Positions 57,728 through 64,000 of a stretch of DNA of 64,000 nt are shown here, one piece after another; the first letter of the stretch is position 1; the number at the start of each line of letters is the position of its first letter. The translations under genes and the position numbers were made by a program. The DNA is from an uncultured Pelagibacteraceae bacterium. GTDB taxonomy: Bacteria > Pseudomonadota > Alphaproteobacteria > Pelagibacterales > Pelagibacteraceae. Below the pieces are notes generated by a model. That model searched no databases. It saw only the letters and a program-made list of their open reading frames with translations, and was not told the DNA's origin. Where the stretch lies: the NCBI GenBank assembly GCA_902520335.1, contig CABYNS010000001.1:95604-159603 (forward strand), in the 5' to 3' direction.

Positions 57728-58882
57728 ATGTCGTCTAATATAAAAGTCTTGCAGGTAATACCAAAACTAGGTTACGGAGGAGCAGAAACTGGATGTTATG
57801 ATATTGCTCATTATTTACCAGAAAATGGATGTGAATCTTTTATAGTAACAAGCGGCGGTGAATTAACAAAATTTGTTGATAAAAAAAAAGTAAAATTAAT
57901 TAAACTTCCGGTACACAGTAAAAATCCTTTATTGATTTTGGTTAATACAATTTTATTAATTGGGATAATTTTGTTTTTTAAAATCTCAATTGTTCACGCG
58001 AGAAGTAGAGCACCGGCTTGGTCTTGTTTGTTTGCAACAAAACTAACTAATAGAAAGTTTGTTACCACATTTCATGGCACTTATAATTTTAGTGGCAAGC
58101 TTAAAAAATTTTACAATTCAGTAATGGTAAGATCAGATTTAATAATTGCAGGATCAAATTTTATTTTTTCTCATATCAAAGAAAATTACTCTGAGTTTTT
58201 GTCAAATCAAAAAAAATTTTTAGTTATTTTTAGGGGAATAAATGTTGATTATTTTGACTCTTCTACAAAATTAGAAAATGATGAAAAAAATTTACTTCAA
58301 AAATGGAATATCAATGATGAAAAAAAAATAATTCTATTGCCAGGTAGGCTTACTTCATGGAAAGGACAAGAATTATTTATTGAGGCGATTAATCTAGTTA
58401 AAATTGAACTAGGGTATGAAGCTTTCCACGCAGTTATACTTGGGAATGATCAAGGCAGAGATCTATATAAAAAAAAATTGATTCGTCTCACAGAGCAATA
58501 TCGTTTAACAAACCAAATCAAATTCATAGATCACTGTGAAGATATGGCCTTAGCTTATAAAGTTTCTGATATAATTGTATCAGCTTCAATAGAACCAGAA
58601 GCTTTTGGAAGAGTAGCAGTAGAAGCACAATCTATGGAAAAATTAATTATAGCTAGTAATATTGGAGGATCTAACGAAACAATAAATGATGAAAAAACAG
58701 GCTTTTTATTTAAATCGGGAGACGCAGATTCTTTAAGTAAAAAAATAATTCGTGGATTAACAATGGATGAAACAACTTTAAACCTAATAGGCAAAGAAGG
58801 AAGAAGCAATATAATAAAAAAATTTAATGTTGAAAAAATGTGTTTTTCTACATATTCAGAGTATAAAAGATTATTAAACTAA
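57728..58882 (+). CDS. glycosyltransferase family 4 (GT-B)
   Basis: GGAETG N-terminal domain, [15 protein letters not shown] ... G.N E motif. Confidence 0.8.
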   Translation: MSSNIKVLQVIPKLGYGGAETGCYDIAHYLPENGCESFIVTSGGELTKFVDKKKVKLIKLPVHSKNPLLILVNTILLIGIILFFKISIVHARSRAPAWSCLFATKLTNRKFVTTFHGTYNFSGKLKKFYNSVMVRSDLIIAGSNFIFSHIKENYSEFLSNQKKFLVIFRGINVDYFDSSTKLENDEKNLLQKWNINDEKKIILLPGRLTSWKGQELFIEAINLVKIELGYEAFHAVILGNDQGRDLYKKKLIRLTEQYRLTNQIKFIDHCEDMALAYKVSDIIVSASIEPEAFGRVAVEAQSMEKLIIASNIGGSNETINDEKTGFLFKSGDADSLSKKIIRGLTMDETTLNLIGKEGRSNIIKKFNVEKMCFSTYSEYKRLLN

Positions 58883-60801
58883 TGCCTATAATTACATTAC
58901 CAGACGGTAAAAATATTGAATTTCCAAAAGAGGTTACAGGTTTAGATATTGCAGAAAAAATAAGTAAGTCACTATTAAAACAAGCATTAATTATGAGCGT
59001 TGATGGTGAGCTAAAAGATTTATATTTTTCAATTAAAAAAGATTGCTCTGTAAAAATTTTTACTGCAAAAGACCCTGAAGGACTTGAGGTTATTAGACAT
59101 GATACCGCTCACATCATGGCGATGGCTGTTCAAGAATTATACCCCGGTACACAAGTAACCATTGGACCAGTTATTGAAAATGGTTTTTATTATGATTTTG
59201 CTCGTAAAGAACCCTTTACAGAGGATGATCTAGAAAAAATAGAAAAAAGAATGTCAGAAATAATTGACAAAGATGTAAAAACAAAAAGAGAGGTTTGGAA
59301 AAGAGATAAAGCAATAAGCCATTTCAAAAAGATTGGTGAAAAATATAAAGCAGAGATAATAGAGAGTATTCCAGATAATGAAGAACTGACTGTTTATCAT
59401 CACGGTGATACTTGGCACGACTTGTGTAGGGGTCCACACTTAGTTTCCTCTGGAAAAATTGGTAAGGCTTTCAAGCTCACAAAAGTTGCAGGAGCATATT
59501 GGCGTGGAGACTCAAAAAATGAAATGTTGCAAAGAATTTATGGAACTGGCTGGGCATCTCAAAAAGATTTAGATGATTATTTAAAAAGAATTGAGGAAGC
59601 AGAGAAAAGGGATCATAGGAAACTTGGTAAAGAAATGGATTTATTTCATTTTAGAGAAGAGAGCCCAGGGTCTGTTTTCTGGCACGAAAAAGGTTGGGCA
59701 TTATTCCAAAAATTAATTAATTACATGCGGGCACGTCAAGATGCAGCAGGATACAAAGAAGTAAACACTCCAGAGGTATTAGATAGGTTATTATGGGAAA
59801 AATCAGGACATTGGGAAAAATATGGAGAAAACATGTATACTTCAGAAACTCCCGACGAAAAAGTTTTTGCTATAAAACCAATGAATTGTCCAGGTCATAT
59901 CCAAGTTTTTAACCAAGGTTTAAAAAGTTATAGAGATTTACCATTAAGGATTACAGAATTCGGTAAAGTACATAGATATGAACCTTCAGGTGCTTTGCAT
60001 GGACTTCTAAGAGTAAGGGCTTTTACACAAGATGATGCACATATTTTTTGTTCAGAAGATCAAATAACTAGTGAGTGTTTAAATGTTACTAATTTAATTT
60101 TAGATATTTATAAGGATTTAGGTTTTGAAAAAGTGGTTTTGAAATATGCTGATAGGCCAGAAGTAAGAGTGGGAGAAGATAAAGTTTGGGATAAAGCTGA
60201 GGCATCATTATTAGAGGCAGTTAAAGCAACAAAACTAGAATACAGTATTAATAAGGGAGAAGGTGCCTTTTACGGTCCAAAAATAGAATTTGTATTAAGA
60301 GATGCCATTGGCAGAGATTGGCAATGCGGAACAGTACAAGTAGATTTAAACTTACCTGGAAGGTTAGATGCTACTTACGTAGATAAAGATGGAACAAAAA
60401 AAGTTCCTGTGATGTTGCATAGGGCATTGTTTGGATCACTTGAAAGATTTATTGGAATTTTAATTGAAAATTATGCTGGAAAGTTTCCATTTTGGATATC
60501 TCCATTACAAATAGTGGTAATTCCTATCTCAGAAGATTTTGAGGAATATGCAAGTAAAGTTTCAAAAAAAATAAAAGAAGCTGGGATGAGTTCAACAGTC
60601 GATTTAAAAAATCATAATTTGAATTATAAAATAAGAGAACATTCTCTTGCAAAAGTCCCTATTTTATTAATTTGTGGTAAAAAAGAAGTTGACAGTAACT
60701 CCGTAACCATTAGAAGATTGGTTTCTAACAAACAAGAAAATATGGAATTAAATAAATTTTTAAAAACATTTTCTGCTTTAAATAAAGCACCCTCAATATA
60801 A
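58882..60801 (+). CDS. thrS: threonine--tRNA ligase
   Basis: TGS domain, HDTAHIMA, class II motifs ([23 protein letters not shown]). Confidence 0.97.
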   Translation: MPIITLPDGKNIEFPKEVTGLDIAEKISKSLLKQALIMSVDGELKDLYFSIKKDCSVKIFTAKDPEGLEVIRHDTAHIMAMAVQELYPGTQVTIGPVIENGFYYDFARKEPFTEDDLEKIEKRMSEIIDKDVKTKREVWKRDKAISHFKKIGEKYKAEIIESIPDNEELTVYHHGDTWHDLCRGPHLVSSGKIGKAFKLTKVAGAYWRGDSKNEMLQRIYGTGWASQKDLDDYLKRIEEAEKRDHRKLGKEMDLFHFREESPGSVFWHEKGWALFQKLINYMRARQDAAGYKEVNTPEVLDRLLWEKSGHWEKYGENMYTSETPDEKVFAIKPMNCPGHIQVFNQGLKSYRDLPLRITEFGKVHRYEPSGALHGLLRVRAFTQDDAHIFCSEDQITSECLNVTNLILDIYKDLGFEKVVLKYADRPEVRVGEDKVWDKAEASLLEAVKATKLEYSINKGEGAFYGPKIEFVLRDAIGRDWQCGTVQVDLNLPGRLDATYVDKDGTKKVPVMLHRALFGSLERFIGILIENYAGKFPFWISPLQIVVIPISEDFEEYASKVSKKIKEAGMSSTVDLKNHNLNYKIREHSLAKVPILLICGKKEVDSNSVTIRRLVSNKQENMELNKFLKTFSALNKAPSI

Positions 60802-61347
60802 GTGGCGGATTTTAAGCAAAATTATTTTCAGAGAAGAACTAAAGATCGAGGTCCAAGATCTAATAACAGAATTTCTTCTCCAGAAGTTCAAGTTATAGGT
60901 AGTGATGGAGAAAATCTTGGAGTCATTAGCACAAATGAGGCAATATCGATGGCAAGAAATCAGGGTTTAGATTTAATCGAGATAGCTCCAAATGCCAAAC
61001 CACCAGTTTGCAAAATCATGGATATGGGAAAATATAAGTATGATGCACAAAAAAAAGCAAACCTTGCTAAAAAAAAACAAAAAATTATTGCATTAAAAGA
61101 AATTAAAATGAGACCAGTAACCGAAACACATGATTATGAGTTTAAAGTTAAAAATGCAAAAAAATTTATTGCTAAAGGAGATAAAGTAAAATTTACAATA
61201 AGATTCAAAGGTAGAGAACTTCAACATTCACATTTAGGCAATGAGTTAATGACTAAGATAAAAGAGGATATGAAAGAAATTGGCAAGGTAGAATTGCACC
61301 CAAAGTTTGATGGAAAGCAAATGATTATGGTAATTCAGCCTTTATAA
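60802..61347 (+). CDS. infC: translation initiation factor IF-3
   Basis: NNRISSPEVQVIGSDGENLGV, DLIEIAPNAKPPVCKIMD. GTG start directly after the thrS stop. A non-AUG start is typical for infC. Confidence 0.93.
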   Translation: MADFKQNYFQRRTKDRGPRSNNRISSPEVQVIGSDGENLGVISTNEAISMARNQGLDLIEIAPNAKPPVCKIMDMGKYKYDAQKKANLAKKKQKIIALKEIKMRPVTETHDYEFKVKNAKKFIAKGDKVKFTIRFKGRELQHSHLGNELMTKIKEDMKEIGKVELHPKFDGKQMIMVIQPL

Positions 61348-61400
61348 GCTTTAATAGTAGTTGTAAATTAACAACATTCTTTGTATAAACTCGCAAAATT

Positions 61401-61607
61401 ATGCCAAAACTAAAAACAAAAAGCTCTGCAAAAAAAAGGTTTAAAATATCTGCAAAGGGTAAAGTAATAATGGCCCAAGCTGGTAAAAGACATGGCATGA
61501 TAAAACGAACAAATTCTCAAATTAGAAAATTAAGGGGCACTACAACTATGTCGAAACAAGACGGTAAAATTGTAAAGTCATATATGCCTTACAGTCTAAG
61601 GGGTTAA
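61401..61607 (+). CDS. rpmI: 50S ribosomal protein L35
   Basis: [15 protein letters not shown]. Confidence 0.93.
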   Translation: MPKLKTKSSAKKRFKISAKGKVIMAQAGKRHGMIKRTNSQIRKLRGTTTMSKQDGKIVKSYMPYSLRG

Positions 61608-61608
61608 T

Positions 61609-61965
61609 ATGGCAAGAGTTAAAAGAGGTGTAACTAGTAGAGCAAAACATAAAAAAGTTTTAAAAGCTGTTAAGGGCCAATGGGGCAGAAGAAAAAATAC
61701 TATCAGAGTTGCGAAGCAAGCTATGGAAAAAGCCATGCAATATGCTTACAGAGATCGTAGAAACAAGAAAAGAGATTTTAAATCACTTTGGATACAAAGA
61801 ATAAATGCAGGGGTGAGAGCAGAAGGTTTGACATATTCTAAATTTATTAATGGATTAAATAAATGTGGAATAAAAATTGATCGAAAAATTCTAGCTGAGA
61901 TAGCGTATGATAGTCCGGAGGCCTTTAAAACCATCGTTCAAAAAGCTCAATCTGCTTTAAATTAA
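61609..61965 (+). CDS. rplT: 50S ribosomal protein L20
   Basis: [19 protein letters not shown] ... YAYRDRR.KKR.FR.LWI.RINA. Confidence 0.95.
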   Translation: MARVKRGVTSRAKHKKVLKAVKGQWGRRKNTIRVAKQAMEKAMQYAYRDRRNKKRDFKSLWIQRINAGVRAEGLTYSKFINGLNKCGIKIDRKILAEIAYDSPEAFKTIVQKAQSALN

Positions 61966-62008
61966 TCTTCACTATTGTTTTATTTCTCTGAAGAAATAAT
62001 CTGTAAAA

Positions 62009-63076
62009 ATGTCAGATCTTAAAAAAATAAAAGATGAATTTCTCCTAAAATTAAAGGGAAAATTAGATATTTCAGAAATTAATAAAATTAAATCTGATCT
62101 ATTTGGTAAAAGTGGATTGATTTCAACTCAATTTAAAAAGATTGGAACGATAGCAGATTCAGAAAGAAAAAAATTTGCCTCTGACTTAAACATTATAAAA
62201 AACGAACTCCAGGATTCAATAAGCTCAAAAATAAATGAAGTAGAAAATGTTGAAATTAACAAAAAATTAGAAAAAGAGAAAATTGATATCACTTTACCTG
62301 AGAGATCGTTCGTTCGAGGAAAAATTCATCCAGTTTCACAAACGATCGATGAAATATCATCAATTTTCTCTGAAATAGGTTTTAGCGTAGAGGAAGGGCC
62401 AGACGTCGAGAATGAATATAACAATTTTACAGCATTAAATACTCCTGAAAATCATCCAGCTAGAGATATGCATGATACTTTCTATCTAGATGAAAAAAAA
62501 CATAAACTATTACGTACACATACTTCTCCAGTTCAAATAAGAACTATGTTGAAAGATAAACCACCATTTAAAATTATTGCACCCGGAAGAACTTACAGAT
62601 CAGATAGTGACCAAACTCATTCTCCAATGTTCCATCAAGTTGAAGGACTTCATATTGATAAGAATATAAACATGGGTCACTTAAAAGGGTGTTTGAATTA
62701 TTTTATCAAAGAGTTTTTTGAAGTAGATAAAATTCAAATGAGATTTAGACCGAGCCATTTTCCTTTTACAGAACCATCTGCTGAAGTTGATATTGGGTAT
62801 GAGATGAAGGGTGGAAAAATTGTAATAGGAGAAGGCAATCGATGGTTAGAGATTTTAGGATGTGGAATGGTTCATCCGAACGTCTTAAAGAATGTTAAAG
62901 TAGACCCAGCAAAGTTTCAGGGATACGCATTTGGTATTGGGATTGATAGACTTGCTATGCTGAAATACGGGATAAACGATTTAAGAGCTTTTTTTGATTG
63001 TGATTATAGATGGTTAAATCATTTTGGATTTGACCCTTTAGATGTACCTACGAATTATAGAGGTCTTAGTCGATGA
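62009..63076 (+). CDS. pheS: phenylalanine--tRNA ligase alpha subunit
   Basis: HP......I..IF...[14 protein letters not shown], class II motif 2/3 ([30 protein letters not shown]). Confidence 0.96.
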   Translation: MSDLKKIKDEFLLKLKGKLDISEINKIKSDLFGKSGLISTQFKKIGTIADSERKKFASDLNIIKNELQDSISSKINEVENVEINKKLEKEKIDITLPERSFVRGKIHPVSQTIDEISSIFSEIGFSVEEGPDVENEYNNFTALNTPENHPARDMHDTFYLDEKKHKLLRTHTSPVQIRTMLKDKPPFKIIAPGRTYRSDSDQTHSPMFHQVEGLHIDKNINMGHLKGCLNYFIKEFFEVDKIQMRFRPSHFPFTEPSAEVDIGYEMKGGKIVIGEGNRWLEILGCGMVHPNVLKNVKVDPAKFQGYAFGIGIDRLAMLKYGINDLRAFFDCDYRWLNHFGFDPLDVPTNYRGLSR

Positions 63077-64000
63077 AAATAACATTTGATTGGCTAAAAG
63101 ATCATTTAAAGACAAATTTGAAAGAAAAAAATCTTTTAGAACAACTTACCAATATTGGTCTAGAAGTAGAAAGTGTAGAAAGTCTTTCTGCTGATAACGA
63201 ATTATTCAAAGTAGCTGAAATTATAAAAACAGAAAAACACCCAAATGCAGATCGACTAAAAGTGTGTGATGTAAATATTGGAAAAAATGAAATTAAAAAA
63301 GTTGTATGTGGTGCTGCAAATGCAAAAGAGGGGTTACTTACTATATACGCTCTTCCAGGTGCAATTATCCCCAAAACCAAGACAAAACTAGTAGTCGCTA
63401 AAATAAGGGGTGTTACTTCTTACGGAATGCTTTGTTCAGAGTCTGAATTAAATTTGTCTAATGAAAGTGATGGGATTACTGAATTAACCAAGGACTTTAA
63501 AAAAAATATTGGTAAAAGTTATTTTTCAAAATCAAAATCAAATCTTATTGATTTATCTATAACACCTAATAGACCAGATTGTCTTGGAATTAGAGGAATA
63601 GCTAGAGACCTTGCTGCATCAGGTTTTGGAAAATTAATAGACTTAAAAGAAAAAAAAATTCATTCAAAAAATAAACATACCTTAAAAGTAAAAATTAATA
63701 AGGAAAAAGGACAAGGATGTACTGCGTTTGGAAGCTGTTTAATAAAAGATGTGAAAAATTCTGAGAGTCCCAAATGGCTTAAAGATAAGTTAATTTCAAT
63801 TGGTCAAAAACCTATCTCAGCAATAGTTGACATCACAAACTATGTTATGCTTGATATTAATCGTCCATTACATGCTTATGACGCTGATAAAATTGAAAAA
63901 GGTATAATTGTTCGAAACTCTCAGTCTGGAGAAGAGTTTACAGCACTTGATAATAAAAATTATAAATTGGAAAGTGGCATGTGTGTTATTACTGACAATA
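63073..64000 (+). CDS. pheT: phenylalanine--tRNA ligase beta subunit (5' part, runs off window end)
   Basis: ATGA overlap with phe[13 protein letters not shown], tRNA-binding domain [13 protein letters not shown]3/4 domain [18 protein letters not shown]. The frame is open to the window end, so it is not in the track. Confidence 0.9.
   Translation, partial: MKITFDWLKDHLKTNLKEKNLLEQLTNIGLEVESVESLSADNELFKVAEIIKTEKHPNADRLKVCDVNIGKNEIKKVVCGAANAKEGLLTIYALPGAIIPKTKTKLVVAKIRGVTSYGMLCSESELNLSNESDGITELTKDFKKNIGKSYFSKSKSNLIDLSITPNRPDCLGIRGIARDLAASGFGKLIDLKEKKIHSKNKHTLKVKINKEKGQGCTAFGSCLIKDVKNSESPKWLKDKLISIGQKPISAIVDITNYVMLDINRPLHAYDADKIEKGIIVRNSQSGEEFTALDNKNYKLESGMCVITDN

Overview
The window is very AT-rich (about 30% G+C by eye) and extremely gene-dense. 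There are about 70 CDS and 2 tRNAs. I found no rRNA, CRISPR array, transposase, integrase or prophage signature. Gene content and synteny are alphaproteobacterial: tsaB-fur-miaB-phoH-ybeY-lnt, nusA-infB-rbfA-rpsO-pnp, irr next to fabA-fabB-fabI, rpsT-dnaA-dnaN, argH-small lipoprotein-lysA opposite tlpA, helicase-terB-fdxA-carD, and thrS-infC-rpmI-rplT-pheST. Combined with the many 1-8 nt gene overlaps, this looks like a streamlined marine SAR11/Pelagibacterales-type chromosome. That assignment is inference; I cannot run a search. Most of the window is core housekeeping. The parts the ORF track does not explain are listed here.

1. A 59-codon Cys-rich ORF (20034-20213) is missing from the track. 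It lies behind two copies of a 12-mer, one of which is embedded in a 16/19 match to the Fur box.
2. An irr-like regulator sits with an ICE-like site upstream of a tight katG / Asp-beta-hydroxylase-like / DUF2061 cluster.
3. A self-contained micro-gene (38477-38554) encodes a 25-aa Lys/Arg peptide. It has a candidate promoter, a 5' hairpin, a strong SD and an intrinsic terminator.
4. The CarD homologue carries an open frame for about 100 Lys-rich N-terminal residues that overlaps the fdxA 3' end.
5. A homodimeric-type pyruvate dehydrogenase E1 carries an N-terminal lipoyl domain that is 65% identical to the one on E2.
6. A 150-aa orphan with an HNH-like signature follows fabI.
7. A purine-rich tandem-repeat leader precedes pnp.
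8. A hidden 44-aa lipoprotein gene sits between argH and lysA.

All functional calls come from motif and family recognition by eye. Nothing was searched against a database.
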